Origin: Anthoceros angustus
Lineage: Eukaryota > Plantae > Anthocerotophyta
Length of the DNA stretch: 64,000 bases
Reading direction: 5' to 3'
Assembly: GCA_010909165.1 (NCBI GenBank)
Contig: MU008199.1
Span: forward strand, 576,248 to 640,247
Below, in pieces: positions 32,000-45,091 of the stretch. Both the position numbers and the translations under genes were made by a program. Within the stretch, counting starts at the first letter, position 1, and the number at the start of each line of letters is the position of its first letter. The notes below the pieces were generated by a model, which saw only the letters and a program-made list of their open reading frames with translations, did not search any database and was not told where the DNA came from.

Positions 32000-34904
32000 A
32001 AGTCAAAAGTTCACAAGTGCCTTCGTGTGCAACAACACTGGGGTGTGTCCTGCGTGCGCACTAGACATGGCAAGTGGTGTACCCATTTTGTGGCCCATGC
32101 AACCGGGAGTGCCATCAACACCACATCGGCCATGAAAATTGGCGTCAAGTGTGCCCAGACACGATTTAGCCCTAATCAAAGCAGTGGGTCTTCCCTCGAT
32201 TAACAAGGACCTTATAAAGACACACGTCTCTAAAGTGTCCGGGTCTAACTCAAATACCTCACGACCATCTAACACTCATTTGGAAGAGTGCAAACTTGCA
32301 AGTGTGCAGTTGCGTGAGGAGTATGCACTCGCTTCATCCAGGTCTAGGGTGTAAACATGACCGTCTGGCTCAAGCCCCTGGTAATATTGGCCCACTACAA
32401 TATCATCACCTGGGAGGAAAGTACGAAGGCTCCAAGGACATGTTCTTGCCACATCAGTTTTGTGGGAAGCAATTGTGCACCTAACCAAGTAGAAAGTTGC
32501 ACCTTAATGTGCCGTCTGCCGTCTCTGCAGCCACAACAAAGTTATCGCCTACCTCCAGGCGCCATATCGGTGAGGTCCTCGGAGGCTTCCTCATGCCTTG
32601 CTGGATCTAATGTGGTCTCAACTTGGTCATCAACCAACGATGTTCCACATCGTTGTCGAGTTATATTCTCTGTCGCCGCGGTCGGCGAACGATATATGGC
32701 GCGATTCTCTGATGAGCCTTTGTTTCACATCTTTGCATGGTCCATGCAAGCCCCACAAAAGCAAGCCAAGTGTCTCATTTTCACCCGTGGATTCAAAGCA
32801 TCTTGAGAATACCCATAAATGGAGTGCATGCTCTTGGAACCTGGGATCGAGGCACACCCCCACTTTTGTCTCCTATTGACATCCGTCTTCCCAATCAGCC
32901 AGAATAGTCGCTTGACTTGCCTTTCACCATTGGTGTATGAGGATGCTGCACCGTTAGAGATTGAGCTACGCAGAAATTGACCACATCAGCAGCCCCTTGC
33001 AATCTCACTGAGGAAGGAGACAATTCTTGACTCTCAACGCCACTTCAAGATGGCACCGCGTCATGTTCTCCCTTCCGTGTCGACCAAGTAACTCCAAAGC
33101 ATATTGCATCCGATTAGGCTAGGTATCGGCTACAAAGTAACTAGGCTGCGGGCCTTGAGAAGCAGCCCCATCACTCCACATCCAATGCTCCGTGGTCTCC
33201 TATACCGCTGCCCAGCAACCACTCCCGATGTAGCATGAGACAATCTTTGGACAAAAGGGTGTCATGTTGCATGTCATCGATGTAAAATGGTAGAACTTTT
33301 CAACGTTGCAAAACGGGTCCTCCTCCACAATTGGACCAGTTCTCATATAAACATGCACAAGAATTGTAACGATCATGCCAATGCATGCTTTGGATCTCGT
33401 TACGCACTTGGAAGGCGTAGTTTTGTGAGAAATCAATCAAGACGATGACATCCTCACGAAACCATTCTAGACATCTGCGAAACTCATAAGCTTGCCATCT
33501 GAACAAAATCATGGGTGATGAAATGTTTCAACTTGCCTTTTAGGAACTCTACCATTTCGACGGGTGAGTTTCCCATACAAGCTTGATTCGAGACTTGGAA
33601 GTGCCGTCTTCATTCGCCCAACGTGGTGGTATTCAAAACAACGCCACTTCAATGTAGCGAGACAAGTTTGTTGTGACCTCCTTCGGACAAAGCCCTAGCT
33701 TGAACCCCACAAAGATTGCAATTCCCCATTAAACACTTCCGCTTATGGAAGTCATCGTCATGTGCTTTAGGGCACAACACGTGAACCAGTTCGCCAGGCC
33801 AAAGCAGCAAGCCGTCTCAAAGCACCTTCCCTTGGCAAAGACAAGGACATGAGCATGTAGATCTCAAGTGAACCTTTGATTGGACACGGGAGGTTGAGAG
33901 CATCCTTTAGAAATGCCATTTCAACGTGATACTGCGCAACACGTTCTCCTGCAGGATTTGATGTAGAAGGGTTTCAACCTCTCAAAGGCACGCGGCCTAT
34001 CTTGATCTCGGGATCGACTTGAATCGGAGGAAGAACTCCGTCTGCATCACAAACAACAAGGGACCACAAGTGTAAGAGACTACATCGAGCGTAGAACAGC
34101 AAGTGCAACGGACACTTCAAGCTGCATGGTCGGGCGGTGGTGCAACTTCAAATTGTGACAATGAACCCCATCAAGTGATGAAGCTGTCCTAAAAGTGTAA
34201 TCTAATGCAAAGTGCGCGACATCTTGAATAGCAGGTGGCATCGGCACCATGCGTGTGAGACAACGGCAGTGTGAGCGGTGTTAACCCGAGTGATAGAGTG
34301 AAAGCGCTGCAGCCACAATGTTGGATAGGACTCCACTAGCGCTAGGACCATCTTCCACACCAACCCCCCACAAGCACGCTACCACATGAGAACCCATGAT
34401 GTGGTAAACAACGAAGGAAACCCCAACTTGCGCTCACCGTGAGGTATCGAGGAAGTGCGTGCACAAACGGGCCACCAGCACCGGCATCCTTCGAGCTCGA
34501 GGAAGGGCGTGAGGAGTTCTCCCAAAGCGGACAATTAAATCCCTCAAGGTTGTGCTCAAGGAACTGACCGACCTTCCGCCGCACCACACCATTGGTGGCC
34601 CCTGCTCGATGTCCAATTGGCAAAGGGTTTGCACATGCCGCGCCACAACTCGCCTATTGACCCCGACGCCCCATGGCGGCCGCGCTTCTTGCATGACATC
34701 CTTGGACAAAACAATGTTCATGAAAGTTTGCCGAGCTCTCAACTTGTCCGCAACTTGCACACTTTGTAGACTCCTCATAGCGACTGATGTTCTCGAGCTT
34801 GATTTGTGGCTTTTCGAGTCCGGCTTTCCTCCCCTTAGCACGCGAAATCTCTTGAATGCGAAGTGTAGAGAACGCCTCCAAAATCCTCCTCCTCCCACGC
34901 CCAC
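32000..34904 (-). mobile_element. DDE transposase pseudogene, Sola-like (DFxENY / WSDG / HGKG family)
   Basis: RAFERLKPFYI (~33970); VLIDFSQNYAFQVRNEIQSMHW (33370-33440); HWMWSDGAASQ (~33160); relic of HGKGEHDGAG (~33060); C-terminal GDDIVVGQYYQ. Superfamily label is from recollection. Confidence 0.65.
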
Positions 34905-35060
34905 TAAAAGTGACGAGTCCTCCGCAAAAGAAGGACCCTAACTCCCGAGCAACCGCTGCAGCCTTCGGAGGGCTCCCTTAAACCGGAGGTGTCGAGCAAC
35001 TCCTTCGCGCTCGACACCGCCTTGACCTTTCGACGACAAGCGTGATGATGCACCCGCAGT

Positions 35061-38000
35061 GCCACCGAACTTCATGTGTCTCTGACTGATTTTCTTGAGA
35101 CCGGATGCACAATCTCTAAGAGTGTGAGATGGCAACAATTCTTCCGCGCATTGTTGATCATTGTCCCGTTCACTTGGTTGAGCTGGTGTTTGTTGATCAT
35201 TGCCACATCGTGAGTGACAATCACTCTACTAGCCGGTGGGTGAGGAGCACTTGAGTGGCAATCGCCACACCGCCGCATGTTTAGCTCCTCTCGCCATCTC
35301 CAACGACGCCCAAGCAGCGTGCTTGGCACGACGGTCGGCATCGGCCGTTGTTGCGTTGGAGCCATCTCTTGAGTTGTTTGCCAAGCAAACCACTTAGGAT
35401 CTGTGACAAGTGTCGTGAGCCAACGCCTTCCGGGATCGGAGCGGAGAGAGGCGGTTTCGCCCCATCATCTCCTTGGCGAAGAGGGTATGGAGGGTTTGAA
35501 TTTTAAATGTTAAGTGAGTTCCCCACCGTAAACTCTTTGACAAAACTAGACTCCCTCTTCCATTAAGAGAGAGAACATCTACACGCACATTCAAATTTTG
35601 ATACGATATTCTCTCCCCGTTTTTGATGTGGACTCACTGTACCATATCTAGTGGTCCGTATGCTACCTTCAAAGGGAATACCGTGAATATAGTTCAAAGC
35701 CTAATCCTTTTATTTTGCGCTGGAATTTTTGTGTACCGACATTTGGGTGACTCTTAGCCGAAAAGTTTCAAGCCATTCGGATCAAAATTACAATATTTAA
35801 AATTTTCCTTCAATAACATGTCCACATGTGGACAAAACTGTTGCATCCGTTGCACACTTTTATGGAACACCATGCATAGACCCGATTCTACAATATGTCC
35901 TAGTGAAAACAACGTGGATTTGTTGTTATTCGTGATTCAATCGTTGACTGAAATAAGGTTTCTAGTCATTTCGCACATAGTAGACTTCTAACAACATGAG
36001 TGTGATCCTGAGGAACTAGCAACTCAAGCGTACACGACTGTGTGAGACTAGAGACCTGTCGTCCCCAAGGTAAACATACTGATCTGGAAAAGACCTATAT
36101 GTTTTGAAAGCATTTCTATCAAAGCAGATGTGTGCAGTAGCACCTGTATCTAAATACCATTCATCTATTGGTTTCATTAGCTTTGGCAGAAAGGCAAGTG
36201 GGAAGCGGCAATGGACTAGCAAACTCCCTAGTCCCAACTGTAAGAGCTGATGGGGTATTAGCCTTCTTTACCACAACATTGGCGTACTGGTGCCCTCCTT
36301 GAGGAATTCCAGCTTGCTTTTGCGACACTCTTTTCCCAATGTCCGCAGCTTGCACCGCGTGTGCCTCGGTTTTTAGTCTTCTTCCCATGAGGATCACTGA
36401 GCTACCTCCCTTGGAAGGATTTCCACCACCTCCTTTGGAGAAGGATTTCTTGCCTCCTCGCCCTTGATTTGAGGTGTCTGGGCTGTTGTTTCTCGCTTGT
36501 GATTAGTTCGCTTGCCTCTTCTTGCGATGGAACTCACAAGTTGTGAGAATGACATCTCGTGCATCTCTATGCCTTGCTTAGCTTGCAGTAGGTTGGCAAC
36601 AGGTGGGAGGTCACAGTGTGACCAAGACTGTGAAGCAAAAGAAGGAGCCTCATCACCATCTCATCATCCTTGATGGCAACTTTAGAGGCACCGCCGGGAG
36701 GCTAGGGTCCTAAAGGTACTCACGTGCTTCTCCACCGAGTCCCCATCCTTCATTCTCAAGTTCGAAATTTCTTAAAGTCATTGCACGACCATGTTCGCTG
36801 CGAGAGTTCCTTTAGACGATTCATGATTTCGGCTGAAGTTTCCACCATGCCTCAACATTTCGTCGTGCCACCGAACTTCATGTGTCTCTGACTGATTTTC
36901 TTGAGACCGGATGCACAATCTCATAAGAGTGAGATGGCAACAATTCTTCCGCGCATTGTTGATCATTGTCCCGTTCACTTGGTTGAGCTGGTGTTTGTTG
37001 ATCATTGCCACATCGTGAGTGACAATCACTCTACTAGCCGGTGGGTGAGGAGCACTTGAGTGGCAATCGCCACACCGCCGCATGTTTAGCTCCTCTCGCC
37101 ATCTCCAACGACGCTTCCAAGCAGCGTGCTTGGCACGACGGTCGGCATCGGCCTTGGTTGCGTTGGAGCCATCTCTTGAGTTGTTTGCCAAGCAAACCAC
37201 TTAGGATCTGTGACAAGTGTCGTGAGCCAACGCCTTCCGGGATCGGAGCGGAGAGAGCGGTTTCGCCCCATCATCTCCTTGGCGAAGAGGGTATGGAGGG
37301 TTTGAATTTTAAATGTTAAGTGAGTTCCCCACCGTAAACTCTTTGACAAAACTAGACTCCCTCTTCCATTAAGAGAGAGAACATCTACACGCACATTCAA
37401 ATTTTGATACGATATTCTCTCCCCGTTTTTGATGTGGACTCACTGTACCATATCTAGTGGTCCGTATGCTACCTTCAAAGGGGAATACCCGTGAATATAG
37501 TTCAAGGCCTAATCCTGCTTATTTTGCGCTGGAATTTTTTGTGTACCATAGACATTTGGGTGACTCTTAGCCTGAAAAGTTTCAAGCCATTCGAATCAAA
37601 ATTACAATATTTAAAACTTTTCCTTCAATAACATGTCCACATGTGGACAAAAAACCGTGTTGCATCCGTTGCACACTTTTATGGAACACCAAAGCATGCA
37701 TAGACCCGATTCTACAATATGTCCTAGTGAAAACAACGTGACTGTTGTTATCTGCATTCAATCGTTTGACTGAAATAAGGTTTCTAGTCATCTCTGGCAC
37801 ATAGTAGACTTCTAACAACATGAGTGTGATCCCTGTAGGAACTAGCAACTCAACTGTGCCACGACCAGGTGAGACTAGAGACCTGTCGTCCCCAAGGTAA
37901 ACATACTGATATGGAAAAGACCTATATGTTTTGAAAGCATTCCTATCAAAGCGGATGTGTGCGTGCTTTTGTATCTAAATACCATTCATCTATTGGTTTC

Positions 38001-39300
38001 ATTAGCTTTGGCGAAAGGCAAGTGGGAAGCGACAATGGACTAGCAAACTCCCTAGTCCCCAAGCCAAGAGCGATGGGGTATTAGCCTTCTTTACCACAAC
38101 ATTGGCGTCGGTGGTGCCCTCCTTGCGAGGAATTCCAGCTTGCTTTTGCGACACTCTTTTCCCAATGTCCGGTGCTTGCACCATTGCGGTGCACAGCTTT
38201 TTAGTCTTCTTCCCATGAGGATCCGCTGAGCTACCTCCCTTGGAAGGATTTCCACCACCTCCTTTGGAGAAGGATTTCTTGCCTCCTCGCCCTTGATTTG
38301 AGGTGTCAGGCTGTTGTTTCCTGCTTTCTTGTGATTAGTTCGCTTGCCTCTTCTTGCGATGGAACTCACAAGTTGTGAGAATGACATCTCGTGCATCTCT
38401 ATGCCTTGCTTCTTAGCTAACATGTAGCTTGTGTCGGCGGTGTGTGGGAGGTCACAGTGTGACCAAGACTCGAAGCGAAAGAAGGAGCCTCATCACCATC
38501 TCATCATCCTTGATGGCAACTTTAGAGGCACCACAGGCCGGGAGGCTAGGGTCCTAAAGGTACTCACGTGCTTCTCCACCGAGTCCCCATCCTTCATTCT
38601 CAAGTTCGAAATTTCTTAAAGTCATTCATTGACCATGTTACGCTGCGTAGAGTTCCTTTAGGCGATTCATGATTTCGGCTGAAGTTTCCACCCATGCCTC
38701 AACATTTCGGTTGTCGAGCCACTGCGAATGAGGTACTTGGCTCCGCTATCCTTAGCTAACCATTCTTCTTCTCCCAAGATCCTCGTCTGGTTTCACTACC
38801 TTTCCGGTTGCATGTTTGAGCCCCTCATTTCGAGGACGCCCTCCATCCGGATCGCCATATGTCAAAGTCATTGCCATTGAACCGATCCTTCTCCTTGAAG
38901 GATTCATTACCTCCATAGTTTGGAGTTGAGGTGCGTGCCATATTTATGGCTTGTTGTTCGACCTCGTTCAAATTCAGTATTGAATATATCCCCAAAACCG
39001 TCGATCGGACACACTCATAACGCTTGTTGATTCGGCGTTGCGGTTTTGATCCCGGATCCTCCTCGTAGCTGCAATTTTGGAGCTCCTCATCTCGAACCTA
39101 TTGTAGGCATACGTGGAGCAAGATGGACACGAGTTAAGTGAGCTAAAGCTTCGCTCACGATTTGTCTTGCGTGTTTAGGTGTTTTGAACCGGATTTTTGA
39201 GCATCTCGGGCTTGACATAACCAGCTTGTAGTCCAAGTGTGCAACTTGCTCCTTCGATCCTGTAAGTCAACGCTTCGTAGACAAGTGTCCATTAATTTGT
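35061..39300 (-). mobile_element. Ty1/copia-like gag-protease fragment, tandemly duplicated (35061-36866 / 36867-38717)
   Basis: EWYLDTGATAHICFDRNAF..VYLGDD; EVYYVPEMTRNLISV. Integrase and RT are absent. Confidence 0.75.
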
Positions 39301-40458
39301 GTGCGTGTCATCACTATCCATTATTTGCTTGATGCGATTAATTATTGTCGACACTCGTGTTTGTGGCGGCTTGAGTTGTGATGAAACCACGGCTGCCGTT
39401 TCCATCAAAAGCTCTTTGTACACGCACTGCAATTTAGTGGATTTCTTGGAGGAAGAGTAAACACCGATTCTCGCTCTTGAGGATAGAGAAATTCCACAAT
39501 AGTATTAAATCGTCTCGGATCAGCAATTTGCATAGGTCTATTTTGGTTTTGTTGGCTCCATTGTAGGATGCGAATGTAATCGAGAAGCAATTGTGTGCCC
39601 ATCGCAATTCTTGACCTATTTTGCCTAGGATGATTACGAGTAGCGGTGTTGCGCAGTGCGCATCTAAATTGGCCATGTGCCGTAACAAGGATTTGTGTTT
39701 TATAAGTGCGAAATTGCATCTTATATTTCTTTTGTATTTTTCTATATATAATTTTGCCCATTGGGCATCTGTTCTAGTGTATGTTCATTGCAATTGCTCA
39801 AGAGAGCAATTCAATGAATGCACGCTAGAATGGTTACCTAATGCAGCAAAAATTTGTATAGATTTTTAAAGAAAAACAACACAGAATTCATTTCTTGATG
39901 TTTCTTTAGTTCCTTTTCAAGAACATGTTATTATTCAAAACAATAATAAAACACATCTTTCTGCACATCTTCTAATGCAGAAAATTTGTGTGTGCATACT
40001 AGATGCATCTCCATCTATCCTCGCGATACCATGAAGATTTTATGTGAATTGAATTAATAAAACACAATTACATTATTGATTGAATTGAAAGATCAAATAA
40101 AGAGTAACTTGCTTATGCTTAAAACAACCTAATTAAGATACCAAGTGTTACGTCTACTCGTAAGAGTCACAACCCTACCGAAAGGGTACTAGGTGACTAG
40201 ACCTAGTTTACACATCAGACAAGTTAACTAAACTAAGGTAATCTAACCCTAGCATGAGTCAACACATAAACAATAATTATTTCTTCAAAGAACAGGCTGT
40301 ACTTGATTTTGATGTGGGGTGCGCCGACATACCCGCGCACCCCCCTTAGCTTCTTGTACATCCTTTTCTTAACCGGTTTACATGAGTGTGACGTGGGGGC
40401 GCCGGTATACCGGCGCCCTCCCCTCACATTCATGTAAACGGATGAAGCCAAATGCAAC

Positions 40459-40525
40459 CAAGAAGAGTCTGAGACAAGAAGAGTCTGTAGACAAGAAGAG
40501 TCTGACACAAGAAGAGTCTGTAGAA
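40459..40525 (+). repeat. Short tandem repeat (caagaagagtctg + 3-4 nt) x4
   Basis: Read directly from the sequence. Confidence 0.8.
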
Positions 40526-40559
40526 CCTTAGTTGTGTTCAAACGCGCGTATATGCACTT

Positions 40560-41649
40560 GGACGACACACATGAGTCGGAACATGATGGAAGGACAAGAG
40601 GGAAGTACGAGAAATTTGTGCGGCTAAATATCCCACAAACATGTCCAAGTCGCCTCTCTGTTTGGAGTACATGTTACAGCTCATAGACCACCCCGCATGC
40701 GGGTAAATGGATTCCAGCCTTTGACAGTGTAAGCAGGGTACAAGTTTATAATGACAATAAAATGTAGTTTTCTTGACTTCCATCGTTCCATCGGATCGAG
40801 TGTTGGCAGATTCGTGGATCCCAGCATGTAAGGCCATGATTTTGGTGTATCTAAGTTTTCGCCGATTTTTACAGGAAAAAATGGTTTGTTTTGCATAAAA
40901 GCCCAAAATAGCGGAATAAGCCGTTTTTCCCTAGACACTGTTAAAGAGTAAAACACTGTACCCATGTGTGTCTGATCCATCTTCACATCATGCTTTCCCT
41001 TGTTGAATCCTCTGGGCACATCCATAACCGGTAACGTGTAATTCCTCTTCCGTAAAAACCCTCGTATATCCAACACATCTCTTGTAACCACTTGGTATTT
41101 TACGATACACTCCGTCATTGGAATAGTAAACGACTGCAGGCCTTCCTCCATGTCCATATTAGCTAGGGTCCTTTGTTCATTCTCGAGACCCTTCCATGTG
41201 TGCACTTCCAGTATGAAAGCCTAGAAGTCCTCTGGCAGTTTTTTCCGATCCTGCACATCTTTAACTCGCTGCACATATCACCCATCATGTGGTTGCTCAA
41301 CAGCAAGATTTCACAACAAGTAGTAGTGGGGAAGGCGCTGACATGCCGACGCCTTCCCCACTCTTACCTGCTGTGAAACGACCCTACCAAAGCTGAGCAT
41401 GCCGGCGCCCTCCCTTCTCATACTAGATGTAACACAAAGGAAACATACCTTTCCATTGAACGTTGTTTGAAACCTCACAATCACATGATTCCAAGAGTGC
41501 ATAGGGTATTCCTGCCTAAGCCTCTTGAATGAGTCACATCCTAAATATTTCGCAATAGCCACTTGTATGACATGAATTTTCTTCCACAGTATCACCTCCT
41601 TCGACACACCATTCAGGTCAAGTAAACCCCTCAAAACCTTTTTCGTCAC
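40560..41649 (-). pseudogene. Unassigned decayed ORF
   Basis: 174-aa and 112-aa open frames; the 174-aa frame continues through isolated stops on both sides. No family recognised. Confidence 0.3.
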
Positions 41650-41664
41650 ACTAGTCAGTTGCTA

Positions 41665-41950
41665 GTTGTGGTGGGAGGTTCCCCGGACCCCCGGAACCCT
41701 CGACCCTATAAGCCACACTTATCACTTTGTCGGTTGCGGTGAGGTTCGTTCCACGAAGGAGTGGGGGAGCCCTTCCTCGCACGGATGGAGGGTGTGCCCT
41801 CCCTGACTGACCTCTCGACTCACCGACCTCCTGACTCTCGACCTCCCGCAGGCGCCCGGCTAACCCCTTCTAGCGCCACGCCGGTGACCCACACTATGTA
41901 GGTCACACTACCCTACGTCGGAATGACTCCGGCGGCGCGGACCTACGTCA
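41665..41950. repeat. Probable solo LTR or LTR fragment truncating the DNMT3-Ty3 relic
   Basis: Abrupt GC-rich block with a tataa motif, ending ..acctacgtca; no TSD confirmed. Confidence 0.35.
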
Positions 41951-41954
41951 CGAG

Positions 41955-43165
41955 AGGCGGTATTTTCAACCAAATCTCACTTTGCTTCGAACAGGCCTCT
42001 GTAGAACCTTTGGTTCATCCGTCGGTTATATGTGGAACTTTCCCTTGGTGTACTTCCCCATCTCCGCAAGTGTGAAAGCAAACACATGTCACAATACCTC
42101 CAACAACTCCTTCAACTGACGCCGTTGATTGCTCTTCAACTCGGCGCCTATCAACCACTAATGTGGCTGTGGCTTGGATGGCTTGCACGCTTCCTCCATG
42201 CGCTCACTCTCCTTGCCCTCCAAATTCGTCTTCTTCCCTAAAGATGCGAGTGTTGGAATGCCCTTTGCCCACCGAACCCGCTGCTTTAACCCCACCTTCT
42301 TCTGGCTTCAAAGTTGGTAATAAGCAACTCCAGTGCTGAATAACCAGGTTATCATGTTCATGTTAAATGCTTGCCTAAGCAATCGATACCGTTCCTTCTC
42401 AGTCACTCCCGGTGTCTTCGTGGCTCCGGCAGCAAATCTCATAGCCAAATCCCTCTCTGTGCCTGTTGGCTCTCCCAAGGCCTCGCCATGTCTGTCCACC
42501 ACAATGCCAGGGCCAATGTTCCTAAAGGCGTAAGACTTGGACTTGGATACAAAGGTTGGCCAAGCTAACATAGGGTGTCCAAGCTGACATAGGGTGTCCA
42601 AGCGTGTTCACAGGGAAGTGCGGCAGCTTGTTAGACTTGATGACTTGCTAGGCATGCCTTTCCGATGCTAGCACATCCTTAACAACATGATCAGGTTGCT
42701 TCGTGAACGATCTTGTAGACTTCATATATTCCAAGGGAGCAAGGTTAGTCTACATGGACCTCAACCTATGAACCCTCAAACCAAATTAAGCTGTATCCAA
42801 CAGCAACTCCTGACCCAACACTCCTCGAATCATGCCAAAGTCCTCATGGACTTGCTTCTTCACGCTCATGCATGTTGGCACATTCTCCAACATTATCCAC
42901 AAGGCCTTTCTTGCAATTGCCCTTTTTGGATGAAGCGCAAGATCCTCATCAGGTCATAGAACAATGCTGTTCGTGGGTCCTTCAGACCCCGACCCTTGCT
43001 TGCAGAGGAGAGTCCTTGGTACTCCCAACCTACGATGACAAGGTCCATTGGTTGCCCAAGACAACTCAAATGGGACAACCCTAATGGGACAACCCTATCA
43101 TGTGAACATCCATCAGTAGCGCCTTCTGGTAACCCTTCAATGACTCCCACGTTAGGAGGTTATCT
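41955..43165 (-). pseudogene. Ty3/gypsy pol fragment: DNMT3-like methyltransferase (motifs II-X) followed by start of RT region
   Basis: ..ALLMDVHMIGLSHLSCLGQPMDLVIVGWEYQGLSSASKGRGLKDPRTALFYDLMRIL..RPCGYMLENVP..LLLDTA*FGLRVHRLRSM*TNLAP..WPTFVSKSKSYAFRNIGPG..TERDLAMRFAAGAT..PGVTEKERYRLLRQAFNMN..W. Then WLIGAELKSNQRRQLKELLEVL*HVFAFTLAEMGKYT..FHI..QRPVR, a typical gypsy pre-RT segment. Confidence 0.88.
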
Positions 43166-43169
43166 GTGG

Positions 43170-43334
43170 TGTCCACCCAAAGACTTGGAGTGTCAAGTTT
43201 GTCGACGTACTGATGATGATGATGTGATGCTTCTTTGTAATTAGTGCAATAAAGGATACCATATGTTTTATGTTCAGCCACCTCTGGACGAGATTTCCGA
43301 AGAAGATTGGTTTTGTGCACAATGCGCTACATGA
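43170..43334 (+). pseudogene. PHD finger (C4HC3) relic followed by stop codon and polypurine tract
   Basis: CQVCRRTDDDDVMLLCN*CNKGYHMFYVQPPLDEISEEDWFCAQCAT*; purine run at 43394-43420. Confidence 0.85.
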
Positions 43335-43788
43335 GGTGCGTACGTGTGTAGTCCTACTAATGATAATGTTTTGACTTGGAGTCTCACATTATCAGGAGGG
43401 GAGGGGAGGAGGGGGGAGGATTGGTTTGCAATTATATTTGCATAGTAGATTTGTTTTGCTTGGTTGTCTGTTGAGAAAGTGCTCATATGAATGCAAGTGC
43501 TTACCTCGTGTGACATATCCTGGGTAGGGTCTGTTGCAACCACATCAATAACAGAGACCTAGTCCCCCCTAGACTTCATAATTGAGTGTTAAAAAGTTAT
43601 TTTGAGTTTCTTTTGCTATAACTACTTGAATCCCAAATGTTTTACCTTATGGAGCAAATTTCTTTCATGTGCCGGGATCAAAAACCATCTAAAATCTAGT
43701 CATTATGGTGACAACAAACTCCTACCATTAAGAATTAACCACTCATGAGCTATAGCTCAATTGGACACTAATGAGATACCTTCTCCTT

Positions 43789-43950
43789 GAGAAGAAGAAG
43801 AAGAAGAAGAATTTTATTTAAGTCCACTAAGGACGGATTTCCGTCATGGGACTTGGTACTTAACAACTTGTACCATGGTTGCCTAAGCTACTTGCACCAA
43901 GGGTATCCATTCCCTTTAGGCACCCCATCTAAGTACCGATCCAAGCTCAG
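43789..43950 (-). mobile_element. LINE-like 3' end with AATAAA and (TTC)n tail; related copies at 50114-50180 and 50715-50785
   Basis: Minus strand ..gtggacttaaataaaattcttcttcttc; shared core tttaagtccact..gtcatggga. Confidence 0.55.
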
Positions 43951-45091
43951 GATGCTTAATCACGGCGTTCTTGTGTGTCCATTTGGCCTAGGCCATTTGG
44001 ACACACAAACGTCAAACGTGTGCAAGTGATATTCCACCTTTTGTTGCTATTTACCTTCGGGACATGATAAGTCCCTTTAAGAAACAAAAAAGGGGCTACA
44101 CAAGAAATACTATCCATTTTGCCACTTCGTACTATACTTACCACATTTAGAAAGAAAGCACAAGCACAAATTTTGCATCTGGCAACATATATGAAACTGT
44201 ATTTATCTCTATGAATTATAGTCTTTGCTTATGATATGAAACCCTTTTTTCTCTCTATGAATTGTGGTCTTTGCTTGTGATGTAAACTTGGAACAAAGCA
44301 CACAGCTCGAGGAGCCTTACGAAACAAAGACATAAAGAGACAAAAGGCAGCATCCATTGGCAATGGTCTACGACACGAGGCAAACTCTCAACTAGGTACC
44401 TAAGTAGTCAAAATATCTCTAGCAGCTGGATATTGGTATCGTGTAGGTGCCACAAGAGATCCTAGCGCAGGGTATGGAGTGCCGATCTCGCGTTTCACGG
44501 TGTTGAGACAGAATCCAAGCTGCGCGCAGTGAAGATTAGAAAATTATAAAAATTCGGGTGGCACTGGTGCAGGCTCGAAAATTTGTGCCGAGGGGACGAA
44601 AAGAAAGCGAAAGCGGAGCGGCGGCAACGGAGTATGTTCACGTTCCCGAGCTGGTGGCCTGGTGGAGCGGGGGCCTTCCTTTCCTCATCTCCTTCCTCCT
44701 TCCTGGGCAATCACTTGCCTGTTTCCCGCCTGTCAGAAGATTCTATTCCGCGCTGCGCCGCGCCCCACCGCTTCTCTCCTCGCCCCGCTGGCAGCGCCTT
44801 TTGGGACTCGCATTGTCACGGCGCCGGGACACCACTCTGCCAAGCTCATCGCGCAGCCCGGTAAATGCCACAGGAGCCGGCCTGGCATTGGGTGCTCCTG
44901 CTGCCGCACTCTTGCTGTCGTGACGACCTGTGCTCGGGATTTCTGGCTCCGTGGAGCAGCTGAGGCCGCTGCATTGTGGGTGGTGGGTGGCGGGTAGAGG
45001 GCGGTGGATTGTGGGTTGTGGGCGGTGGGCAGCAGGCGCAGGGAGGTGGATCGGAGGAGACTGGATGATTTGGGTCTGAGAGACTGGCAGG

